From contig CM119265.1 of assembly GCA_051294375.1 (NCBI GenBank), forward strand, positions 15,863,822 through 15,927,821: a DNA stretch of 64,000 nt. The letters run 5' to 3'. This DNA is from Paraspadella gotoi. Taxonomy: Eukaryota > Animalia > Chaetognatha. The translations under genes and the position numbers were made by a program. Under the pieces are notes generated by a model, which was not told the DNA's origin, made no database searches, and saw nothing but the letters and a program-made list of their open reading frames with translations. This document shows positions 1 to 10,600 of this stretch, piece after piece; positions within the stretch are counted from its first letter, which is position 1, and every line of letters starts with the position of its first letter.

Positions 1-95
<95 letters not shown>

Positions 96-114
96 AAAAG
101 GATGGATTGAAGCG

Positions 115-177
<63 letters not shown>
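1..177. repeat. (GA)n microsatellites (two tracts), probably intronic
   Basis: Direct reading: 1-92 and about 115-177. Confidence 0.95.
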
Positions 178-180
<3 letters not shown>

Positions 181-493
181 AGCCAGGGGCCAATATACTG
201 TTATGTTAGGACCAAAACATTTGGTTTATTTTTTATTGGGAGCACCTGAACTGGGTTTTGTTGTATTTTATTGTTTAAAAATATAAAAAAGTACTGCGCG
301 TTGGGTGGGAAAAGAGCGAGAAAACTTTAAAACGAATTTAACGTCTGCGATAAGAATCATCATACGAATGACGTTTTATATTCTCTTTTCTTTTTCTCCT
401 TCGATTGGTTTTAATAAAATCAATTTTTTTTTCTTTTCCAACCGGAGTTTCTTGCAAATATTTTCATTTCTTCCTCTCTTTTTCCCCTCCAAG

Positions 494-578
494 GCGGAAG
501 AGCTTCGACGAGACTGGAGCGACGCCTTTAAAACGGACGTCGCCGCCTTGGAGAAATGCTGCGACGTCGTCTCTCAAG
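494..578 (+). CDS. Spectraplakin exon, plakin repeat SR4 start ([28 protein letters not shown])
   Basis: Pyrimidine tract plus AG at 492-493, GT at 579; EE..DWS motif as in the BPAG1/MACF1 plakin domain. Confidence 0.82.
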
Positions 579-825
579 GTGACCCGGCTTTATCTAAAAC
601 TGTTTAGTTTTTTATGTTTTAATTTCAATTTCAATTATTTCTTCTCGTACATGCAGCCCTTCGAACTCAAGAAACGTCATACAAAGCCGTCAACGAGAAT
701 GGTGAAAGCTTGGTTCGAGATGGTAAGAAAACGATATTCTTTCTTTGTTTCTGTTGTGTTTCTTTCTTTCTTGCTATCTTTCTTTCTTTATTTTTTATTT
801 TTTATTTCTTTCTTTCCTTCGTTTT

Positions 826-922
<97 letters not shown>

Positions 923-1170
923 TCTTTTACTAAAATTTTTAACGATCATTAAAGTTTTTATATATAAGAATCATAAGATTTAAAATAAACAAAGAAAAAA
1001 TGGATACATGAAAAATAAAAGTGAAAAATAAACTGATTTAAAAAGAAAGGAAAGGAAAAATGAAGTCCCGTATTCCAACGGTGTTCTCGATGGATGAACT
1101 CTTTTTGCGCAGGATTTAGGGAAATTTTCGTCCGTCCGTCCGTCGCCCTCTTTCTCTCTCCCTCTCTCTC

Positions 1171-1269
<99 letters not shown>

Positions 1270-1406
1270 TCTTCTCTCTCTGTCTCTCCTCCCCCTCTTT
1301 TTCGGTTCTTCTTCTATCTCCAGATTCCAGATCCCCCATATCTTCTCTCCCCGTTTTTAGAATTCTGGTTTATCCGAGTTGGTGGCATGACTTCTTTCTT
1401 TCTTCT

Positions 1407-1494
<88 letters not shown>

Positions 1495-4400
1495 CTCTCT
1501 AGTTTCCGTTATCCGAGTTGGTGCCGTCTCCATTCACATTCGGTCATCACAAACCGGATGAAGCTGCTCCGACAGTAAAACCAGAATCAAAGAGAGGAGA
1601 TTGTCCCACTCACCCTTTTCCCTTCCGCCCATCTCCCTTTTCTCAGGACACCCGGCCTCGGTTCACATAAAAGGCTACTTGCTGACGATGTCGACTCAGT
1701 GGAACTGGCTCCTCAATTTGCTCAATTGCCACGAAATTCACAAAAACCACGCAATCGACGGGTGAGTTTCGAAGGAAAGGGATACGAGCTCAGATTCGGG
1801 AATTCCTCTATGGAGATTGATATTGGCTCAAGAATCTTAAAGTCTTTCATCGCGTCGGGGTCACTCAGAAGTCAGAGTTCGGTTCGAATCCGGATGGACA
1901 GAACGATGATCTTTGCACTTTTTTCATTTTTTTTTCTTCCACAGATTCAACTTTTATCAGGACGTGAAGGCGTGCGACAGCTGGATAAGCGACACGAATG
2001 CCAAAGTCGAGAAACAAGTGAGATTCTTTTTTATGAGATTTGTTCCAATTTCCCGTTACAATTTTTTTTTTCAAGTATTTTATTATCTTTTCTTGAAGTC
2101 CGCCGCGAATAAAGACGTAACGCTTGAAGACAAAAGCATTTTCATAAACGAAACTAACAAGTTTGAAAAGGATCTCGACAGTATTATCCTTAGAATCAAA
2201 GTGAGTATTTTCTTTAAAAGGAAAACTCGTTTCTCCTCCTTTTTTAGGTGTTTAGTTACAATTTATTTTGGACATACATTTTGCCAAATGTTGGAATGGA
2301 AAAAAAAACTTATTTCGTTCGTGATTACCGCTCATCATTTAATCAGGCCACAATCGGGACTTGAAAACAAAAACCAGACAGTCCCATAAACACGTTAATT
2401 CAATTTGTTCTTTTGGATCGATTTCGGTCCCGAGCCTTTCGCTTCCTCCCAAAGCTTAGCTCTTTTTCCTTCTGGTTTTCTCGTTCCCTTCCTGCCACCC
2501 CTTTCTCTCTTTTTTTCCCCCCAGCTGCCCACCCGTTCTGTCAGCCTTATCCCTTTTTCTTTTTTTTCTCTTACTTTTTCTTTTTCAATACTTTTTGACT
2601 ACTCTCATTCGTTTTCCCTTTCCTTTCTTCATTCTCTCAACCTCGCCCTCGTATCCCCTTTTCCCATCCTTGTTTTGAGAAAGTCCGAACTTCTCTCACG
2701 CTTTTCCCCATTTTTTCCCTCCTCTCACTTTCCTTTTCTCCCACTTCTCTCTCCCCTTTTATTTTATTTATCCGAGAGCTGTTGTCGTTTTGTCACCGCC
2801 AGGCTTTTTTCTTCTTATCTTCTTTTCCCGCCACACAAAGAGTCCTTTTTTTTCTCTCGTGTGTGCGGCTCCTTTTTGTTTCTGCTGTTTTTTTTGTTGT
2901 TGTCTTGGCCGAAGGTTGTACTCGAGAAGCTTTTAGTTCCCCCCAGTTTTTTTCCTTTCGTGACGAATGGAATTCCTTTGAAACGACTTGGGGAAAGTTG
3001 TCCGAGCGTCCATTGTGATATGACATACGGAAGAGTGTTTCGCTCGATATTAATGCTATTATTGTGTCATACGAAACCACTAAATGACTTTTTGAAGGCT
3101 TTAGTATAGAATTTCGTTCGATAGTTACGATATACATTTTGTTTTATGTTTTTGCTTTTCTCGGAGGAATTGGCGATGCTAAGCAAAAACGTGATCCCGC
3201 TACAATTGCGCGGCGAAAAAATGGCGGCGCCGCTAAACTGCGTCGCTAATTGTTCCTTCAAGAGCACAAAATTCAAAATGGCACAGAACGACAGGCGAGT
3301 ATTCGTCACTCTCTCTCTCTCACTCTCTCTCTCTTTCACAATTCGCAATTCACTCCATCAGATGCGCTTTGCTTGGGACCGAGTCCGGCTACCAATGGCG
3401 CGTCCGAGTCTCGTTGACGGGTGTTTCCGGCGTCGAAAGCGGCGTCGTTCCTTCCGTCTGCCTCACGATTCAACCGCCGAACGCCGCTGCCGAAGACGCC
3501 GCCAAACAGTTGGAGCGGCGATACAAGGAGCTGAAGGCAAAATGGAAGAAGGTAAAGGAATTTTATTGAACTTTCTAATCTTGTTGATTTGAAACCTGAA
3601 GAGTGAAGAGCGCATACGAATTCAACGCATTATTGGAATAATCTAAGCGGACCTATAGATTCCTTTACAATCCAAAGTCAGCCATGATTTTGCCCTTCCG
3701 ATTTTCTACTCCAAATTCGCTGATAGACCGAATCGCACCGATTTTCTTTTTCCAGTCAATCGAATCGTTGGAAAACCGGATCTCTGATCTCGAAGCAGCT
3801 CGTCTAGCCAGACTCGAGGCCGAGCGCCAGGCTGCCCTGGACTCGGCACGGACGGAGCAGGAAAGACGAGAACGCCTCGCGGCCGAACGGGCTGAGGCTG
3901 AGAGACTGGAGAGGGAAAGGCTGGAGAAGGAGCGGTTGGAGATGGAGCGACTGAGAGAGAAAGGCTGGAGAGAGAAAGGCTGGAGAGAGAAAGCTGGAGA
4001 GAGAAAGGCTGGAGAGAGAAAGGCTGGAGAGAGAAGGCTGGAGAAAGAGAGACTTGAGAAGGAGAGGCTGGAGAAGGAGAGACTGGAGAAGGAGAGGCTG
4101 GAAGCAGAGAGGTTGGAGGCGGAAAGACTGGCTGCCGAATTGGAGGCGGCTCGCTTGGCAGCGTTGGAAGCATGCGCCGGTAATAGTTGATTTAGTCATA
4201 AAATTATTAGTTTTGTTTCATATCTATTTTTTCTAGCAGTTCTTTTAAAATTATAACTTGTAAATGATGCCTGTGAAATTTCTTTTCTTTTCTGCTCCTT
4301 TACTTCTTTTTTTATTATTCCCTCTATTTCTAGACGTTCTAACCTTACTTACCTTACTTACCTTACATTAGCTGAGGAAGAGCCAAGTTTTTCCTACGAG

Positions 4401-6585
4401 GATTGGAAGGAGCGCTACATGGCCTTCCACAGCAACAAGAGGGCCAGAGTCGTCGAATTCTTTCGCAAGAACGACAAAGATGGCGACAGGCGTCTCACGA
4501 GGAAGGCGCGTGACATTTTCGAGGACAGGGGGGGCGTGGCTAAGCGGCAGGGTTTGAATGTCACCCGTGGTTATTGTCGTCGTCATTGTCGTGTCTGTTC
4601 AAGGGGAAGGAAGGGAGAAAAACAATAAAGAAAAAAAGAAATACGAAGACGATATCTTTACCCGCAGGAATTCGTTGCCGGGATGATGGCTTCCGGTTTT
4701 AAAACTTCGGAGGCGGAGATGGAATTCATCGCTGCTTCATTTGACGAAGACGGTACACATATGATCAACTGTTTCGCTTTCGGATCAGCTCCTCCGATAT
4801 CCCAGAATCTTAAAAATCTATCTTCTCTTTCAGGTAACGGCTTCATCGATTTTGACGAATTCATAAATGCCCTCCACCCGGAAAATTTGGCAATTAAAAA
4901 GCTGCCGAAAGAAATACAGACGGATCTCAACAGGCAAGATTATTTTTTTGTTTCAACATTAAGTTTACTCACGTATTTAATTGAAAAAATAGTTGCCTCG
5001 TTTCACTACTATGGTCTTTTTTTTTTAATTAACGTTTGAGAACAAGCCGTAACCTTACCACATTTAGTTAAATTTTAACCCATGCCCCTTCCGTCCCAGG
5101 TGCATGTGCGCGAAGCAGTTCCGCGTGACGATGTTGTCCGAATCGAAATTCGCGTTCGGGGATGCGAGGAAGACGCGAGTCTTGCGAATCCTCCGCTCGA
5201 GCGTGATGGTGCGCGAGGGCGGGGGATGGACGCCCTTCAGGGATTTCCTCAACAAGATGGATCCCTGCCGAATCCCCAAGTCACCCAAACCCAAGAGAAA
5301 GACGACGGGTAAGCGGGAGAGAGTTGGTTTCGGGACCGGAGTTTGGCTTTCCGAGGAGCGTTGTGACTCATGACCCAGAACAGAACGTCCCTCATTCTTT
5401 TTTTCTTCTGGCAGAGACAAGTTTTGGCGCCAATAAGCGCCTCGTTTGTTTAAAAAAAACTTTGATCATCATCCTTTTTTTATTTAACGGTATAAAGTCT
5501 GTTGAGAAAAAACATGCACAATTTTTTGTCAGTTTTTTTTTTAAAAATAAACATTCATATATTTTCTTCCGACGATGCTGGCCTTCGTTCAATTACGTTT
5601 CCACTCTTGACCGTGGCAGGAACCCTAGATGCTTGCCGCGAAATTTGGCGGTATTGGGGAGTCAAAGATGTTATTGGCCTCCCGGCGCGTTTTCAAAAAA
5701 AGAAAAGTAAAGCGTAGAGAGCGACGAGATTTGGTCATGATGATCCGATGAGATCGCATTCGACAGGAAACGACCAATTCTCAATCCCCAAACTTTACCT
5801 ATGAGTTTTACCGCGAATGCGTACTCACCGATTTGCGATGATATTTATGTACTATGAGCCGAATAGCGCGATAATACAGTAAGTACGCGCCGTCTCCGCA
5901 ACGCTTGACGTGCGTTACTTTTCTTGTTGTCGTTACAAGTAAGCCTCTCTACACTATGAAGTATGAAAAATAATCTTTTAACAGATCGAAAATTTTTCAT
6001 ACGGAGTCAGACGAAGACGTCACTACCGTGGTTGCGTGATTAACGTGCGAAATTTATATTTTCTAGATTAGATTGTTCGTTTTTTTTTTCCGTGGCGGCT
6101 TCCGTGTTTTTATCTGATTGCATGAGCTTTACACGTCGCAGTTGATGAAACGGTCACGTAGACTCTATTATTATTTGAATCACCGTCATCATCAAACGAA
6201 CAACTGCAAATTAAGTCCGATTCATTTGTCGAATATTTCTCATTGGTTCCTTGATATAATACAATATGCAATATATATTGTGGCTTCCATTTCAAAGAAA
6301 TTAAATTTATTAATCGGTTAAATATTTTTGTTACAATCTAACTTGATAACATTTATTATTTGAACATCTCAAGGAACTTAGGAGGATATTTCGATATATT
6401 TTAGTTATTCTTAACAAATGAACGGATAATTTACGCTACTGTAATTTATATATCGAATAAAAAAAGCTTGATTTTCTTTCTCTCTTTTTTTAAAAACTTT
6501 TTCTTCCTCTTCCCTTTTCTTTTATTTCATTTATTTCGTTCCTTCCTTCTTTCTTTATTTTATTATTTCGTTCTTCTTCTTTCCT

Positions 6586-6676
<91 letters not shown>

Positions 6677-7117
6677 CTCTTCTTTCTTTCTTTCTTTTTT
6701 TTCTTTTTTCTTCTTCATAATTTCTTAATCTCTTTCTTTCTTTCTTTTTTTTCTTTCTTTCCCTCTTTCTACCTTCTTGGTATATTTCTTTTCTATTGAC
6801 TCACTCGCTAATCTTCTTTCAATCGCTTTTCAGTTGGTGCTGAAAAACCGGAGACTTCAACATCCGCTTCTGGCTATCGATCCCGAACTTCGACGGCATC
6901 AAGTATCTCAGGTTCCACAAAAAACCATTAAAGAACTTCTTAATTTGTTTTCAGTAGATATAAACTTGGCTTAGTTCGTTATAAATCAGGTGTCTCGTCG
7001 CCTCGCACCACTCGATCGCGCGCCGGTTCCGGATCCATCGAGTCTCGCGCAGCCACGCCCACAAACTCCACCACAATGTCCCCAACGCCGCCGAGCCTCG
7101 ATTCCAGCAGCTCTTGA
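494..7117 (+). CDS. shot/MACF1-like: Spectraplakin-family gene (Shot/MACF1/dystonin-like), 3' portion, multi-exon; 5' end lies upstream of the window
   Basis: Manually spliced exons 494-578, 657-722, 1647-1761, 1945-2017, 2099-2200, 3167-3294, 3362-3551, 3756-4179, 4372-4505, 4668-4752, 4834-4933, 5100-5308 are all phase-compatible. They give one open protein collinear with plakin SR4/SR5-SH3 ([31 protein letters not shown]; [13 protein letters not shown]), two EF-hands and a GAR domain (CMCAKQFRV...[14 protein letters not shown]...DPCR). Tail exons 6834-6911 and 6990-7117 are tentative. Assignment is family-level, not one-to-one orthology. Confidence 0.9.
657..722 (+). CDS. Spectraplakin exon ([22 protein letters not shown])
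   Basis: tgcag acceptor, G|gtaag donor, phase 1-1; spectrin-repeat helix B pattern leading into GHPA. Confidence 0.85.
826..921. repeat. (CTTT)n microsatellite in spectraplakin intron
   Basis: Direct reading. Confidence 0.95.
1150..1500. repeat. (CT)n microsatellites in spectraplakin intron
   Basis: Tracts at about 1150-1290 and 1403-1500. Confidence 0.93.
1647..1761 (+). CDS. Spectraplakin exon ([38 protein letters not shown])
   Basis: tttctcag acceptor, gtgagt donor; matches the plakin motif HPAxxxIxxYxxxMxTQWxWxLxLxxCxExH. Confidence 0.92.
1945..2017 (+). CDS. Spectraplakin exon, SR5 helix A ([25 protein letters not shown])
   Basis: ttccacag acceptor, gtgaga donor; aligns with plakin YFxFFxDAKE motif. 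Confidence 0.88.
2099..2200 (+). CDS. Spectraplakin exon ([34 protein letters not shown])
   Basis: AG at 2097-2098, gtgagt donor at 2201, phase 0-0, length fits SR5 helix B. Confidence 0.82.
3167..3294 (+). CDS. Spectraplakin exon, entry into SH3 domain ([42 protein letters not shown]), GC donor
   Basis: Aligns with plakin AKxIxxLKPR...IxAxCDY...DEC; donor CAG|GCGAGT gives the phase needed for the next exon. Confidence 0.85.
3362..3551 (+). CDS. Spectraplakin exon, SH3 C-half and SR5 helix C ([14 protein letters not shown]...[36 protein letters not shown])
   Basis: Plakin-SH3 signature WxV...VPSVCFxxPPPN; catcag acceptor, AAG|gtaaag donor. Confidence 0.92.
3756..4179 (+). CDS. Spectraplakin exon encoding E/R/K-rich (ERLEK/R)n helix (putative single alpha-helix or coiled coil)
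   Basis: ttttccag acceptor, G|gtaata donor, phase 0-1 links flanking exons; built from a 15-nt repeat. Confidence 0.8.
4372..4505 (+). CDS. Spectraplakin exon, EF-hand 1 ([39 protein letters not shown]), GC donor
   Basis: Matches MACF1-type [39 protein letters not shown]; donor AAG|GCGCGT. Confidence 0.92.
4668..4752 (+). CDS. Spectraplakin exon, EF-hand 1 end to EF-hand 2 start ([28 protein letters not shown])
   Basis: cgcag acceptor, G|gtacac donor; matches EFIDGILASKFPTxxLEMxAVADIFDxD. Confidence 0.92.
4834..4933 (+). CDS. Spectraplakin exon, EF-hand 2 and GAR start ([33 protein letters not shown]), GC donor
   Basis: Canonical EF loop [12 protein letters not shown] followed by ALHP; donor CAG|GCAAGA gives an ungapped join to the CxC motif. 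Confidence 0.92.
5100..5308 (+). CDS. Spectraplakin exon, GAS2/GAR microtubule-binding domain
   Basis: [57 protein letters not shown] is the GAR signature, with Zn ligands CxC and DPC present; G|gtaagc donor. Confidence 0.95.
6585..6695. repeat. (CTTT)n microsatellite
   Basis: Direct reading. Confidence 0.95.
6834..6911 (+). CDS. Probable spectraplakin Ser/Thr/Arg-rich tail exon ([25 protein letters not shown])
   Basis: ttttcag acceptor, G|gttcca donor, phase 1-1; composition typical of the spectraplakin C-tail. Confidence 0.55.
6990..7117 (+). CDS. Probable terminal exon with GSR-like motif ([24 protein letters not shown]...SLDSSSS*)
   Basis: atcag acceptor in phase with previous exon; contains SRAGS as in MACF1/dystonin GSR repeats; TGA at 7115-7117. 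Confidence 0.6.
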
Positions 7118-7149
7118 ATCCCATGGTCGAAGCTCATGCTTTACCCCCC

Positions 7150-7650
7150 TTAAGTTGCTTCTATTATCCAAGGACCATTTATCATATATGGCTCTTTAAA
7201 CGTCATCCCTGGATTTAATTCGTTCGTGAGTTTCATGCGAGAATCTATTGCAGTCTGAATGCTTAGAATCGCCCTGAATCTCAACAGGTTCGTCTCTCTT
7301 GGCTTCACGAACGTACGTATAAATCTCGGGACTGGCATTTGGTAAATAATAATGTTTTTTTTAAGTTTTAAGTTTAAGTCAGACTTCGCGAGCGCTTGGA
7401 ACAATGCCCCGATATTGCCACATTTTTTCTTTGCCATATTACGTACATTTTTTCAGGCCTCTGATGATGTAATCCAGTAATCATTTCTAATTCTCCGAGG
7501 TTTATTGTGACACGGCATCATATTGAATACATTACATTTGACAATTCCCCTAAATTTTTTGTTACTCTGCGCTTAGAACCAAACACCACATTTTGGCAAT
7601 AAAGCCGGCGATTAACTTTGCCATGGACTTTTTACCGTTTAATGTTATGT
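7150..7650 (-). mobile_element. Possible degenerate non-LTR (LINE, Jockey/I-like) reverse-transcriptase C-terminal relic
   Basis: Minus ORF KSDLNLKLKKNIIIYQM...ETNLLRFRAI...NELNPGMTFKE loosely follows the post-RT pattern LxxxxKxxxYxxxxRP...LxxxQ..LR.I...L...T..E; frameshifted and weak. Confidence 0.28.
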
Positions 7651-10600
7651 AAATTGTTTTTAACGGCGTCACTAGTCTATAATCAATTTTATTTGTTTTT
7701 ATAATTTATATACTCTGTTTCACTTGATTAGTTCCATCAAGATTATAACCTCGTATGTTACTCCCTACCTCCCAAATTTACTCACCGCTGTCTTTGTCGT
7801 CATCCTAAAACTGCATTGAGAAATACATAATTGCTAAATTACGACTGTTTTATAATGAATTGTTGTTTACAATTTCACGTTCTGTTTTACAAATTCACTT
7901 AAAGATGTAGAACATAGAATTTAGCTTAAAACTATGTTGTCTTACGTTTTTTGGTCTTTGTCTCTTTTTTATTTTCATCCGAAAACTTTTTTTGGTCAAA
8001 TTTCCCTTTTTTTAAATTAGTACATACATATATTTTCGTTATTTCTAGAATTAGGTTAGCTAATAATTGGTAAGATGACGACGCATGATTCACCCGATTT
8101 TTATTTCATTACTAAACTTTTGAGAATATTACTGTATGAATTTTTTTTCCATCGCAAGTGATTCTAAACAACGAATAAAATAATGATTTGCTATAAGTTG
8201 CGTGTAATTTTTTAAGACAAGCGTTAAATTGAGCGGTTTGAGGAAAACCAATACCTATTTCCAGATATGTATTTTTTTTTCTTTTTGCACAGTGCATGCG
8301 TTTTAAAGGTCGACTGATGACGATGCGTGACTGTCGACGTGAAATAATATCGGTTCTGTGGCCTAGAAACGAACCTTAAGAATTTCATTAATTCACTTCT
8401 ACCTCTTTTTGCTGAGTTCAAAAGTTCAGTGTCAGACACAAGTTTTAAAAACAGATTTTATTAGGAATATAAATTTTAACCTTTATGTTTATTGGTAATT
8501 TTTTCATTTTGATTTTATTTTTTTTCCACATTAACTGTGTGCTGAAAACGTTTCGTAAGTTGTTCTCTTGTTTTTCCAGAATACAAAATACTATTCAATA
8601 GTGACACCTCTGGTTCTGGTTTTAAAATCAAACTTTTAGTTTTACTGTAAAGAAACTACTAATTATAAAAGTAATTAATAATTCATATTTGTATCATGTA
8701 GCGACGTAAAAAGTTTATTGAGCGTTCGTAACTTGTACTGTCAAAGACAGAAAGAGAGAGGGAGAGAGAGAGTGAAAATGTCACGCCCAAGATTGTAATT
8801 TTGTTCCCTTATATTTAGAATAAAATTGGTAAGACCAATATAAATTTTTTGAAATTATGAAACTGTTAGAAAGCTTTTAAGAAAATTTTAGAATTAATTT
8901 GCTGAACCTTAATTTTACTTTTACAATTGCCCTCCATTTTTTTTTTCAATAATCTGCTCATTCTTTATCATACGGTTTTAAAAAGTCGCTCCATTCCTCG
9001 ATCCCTTTCATTTCTCACTCTTTTACCATGAAAACCGAGAAAAAAGAATAACTTTTGCCCCGCGAAATGAAAAATTAATAAACACGAGAATGAAAGGATT
9101 TTTTTTTCCCGATCCGCCATTCATCTCCGAGAAATCGCCCGACGGCACATCCGTTGGTGGCATCGCCACCGCGGCCCCGCCCCGTCGTCGTCCAATGCCT
9201 CCGCTAACACCCCATGTCGTCCCACATCACCGCAAATCATTCTTTACTCAAACCTATTCCGTTTTTCACCCTGAAAGAACCTTATACAAACTGGACGGTT
9301 TTTTTTTATTATTAGCAAACAAGAAATTGTAAAGGTGGCGAAAAAAGCTAATTACTTGCCATTGGCATGCGACAACATTGTCATTAGCATCCGTCAACGA
9401 ACTCCGGTCATTGAGCTTTTCCATCGAGAAGGTAAGGTCTCTGAATCACAATCACGGACCTTTTGCCGTTGGCTGTTTAAAAATAGGTCAATGAGTGACG
9501 GTGGATCTTGGAAAGACAAACGGCAAAGGATGGAGCGAGAAAGGCAATAACGACGCCATCGATCGTAACAACGACGACCAACTCGAAATCCGCCGTCCGG
9601 GCTTAACTAAATATTGCAGACCTTGCCGCCATCTTTCCTCCCTCGTTTTTCTCTCGGCCGCGAGACTCCGCGGTCAGCCATCGTTGGCCTATGACCCGTC
9701 GGAGGCCGGCGATCACAGGGATCTGTTTGGACTGAGGCTTCCAACTCTGGCTAGCGGCGTTATACTATATCCATCTCGGACGGATTATAGTTATTGATAA
9801 AAGAAAAAAAAAATGTCGAGTCGGATGAATGAGAGAAATTATTATGGACGAAAAAGGTTTACAGTGTATTAATTACGCTTCACTTGTTTTTGACAGGAAC
9901 ACTACATTGAAACTCGCTTCAACTCTTTCATAAATTTCGCTACAGTTCTCTCAACTTAATAAATTCTCTCTTAAACGACGTCCTAATGGCCAACGTTTCT
10001 CATTTGTTTAGGATTCATCAAAACAATGTTCAGTGGCCAGAGCCTTCTCTTTACTGTTTTTAGACTTTAGTATAAATTAAAATTAGTAACGTGCTGATCT
10101 ATACTATTTTATACTATACTATATACTATATTATATCAATATATAGTTATATCAGTAATTGCGTCGTTGAATTTCGTCCTCTAGTCCTAGATATCCGGTC
10201 AACCTTTGCCTTGCCATTCTACTGCGCCGCTGGTGGGCGTTTGACTTTTAGAATGAGACAATTTACTGGTTGGTTGGTCGTTTCGTTATTTCGTTCCTTC
10301 GTTTATTCATCATTATCCTCACGGGACATCCGAGGAAGGAATGAGTGGAAGGGAGGAAATTAAGAGAGGTTTGAGGAGAAAGAAAAGGAAAGAAAAATAA
10401 AAATAAACAACTAGAGGTAAAATGAAAGAAAAAAGGAAAAAAGACAGAAAAAATGACAAAGAGAAACAAACAAACAAAAAACAAATAAAATAAAGAAACA
10501 GAATACAGAAAGATATCGCTTTTTATTTCGCGTCTTCAAACGAACACAAAAACTTGTTTTTTTTTCGCTTAATTTGCCAAAATCAAAAATTCTGGTCACG

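Noticed and set aside
1368-1524. Direct repeat ttatccgagttggtg flanking a CT tract as a target-site duplication
   Set aside because: Only microsatellite lies between the copies; local slippage or gap-fill overlap is a simpler explanation.
405-1578. Long F/L/S-rich and (ER)n ORFs (also around 6468, 17312, 22798, 45915, 51508, 59086, 60290)
   Set aside because: Translations of (CTTT)n and (CT/GA)n microsatellites, several inside spectraplakin introns; not genes.
2405-3109. 234-aa hydrophobic ORF
   Set aside because: Pyrimidine-rich intron 2201-3166; stop codons are simply rare in A-poor DNA.
3706-4199. Minus-strand S/L/P/Q-rich ORFs
   Set aside because: Antisense shadows of the E/R-rich coding repeat.
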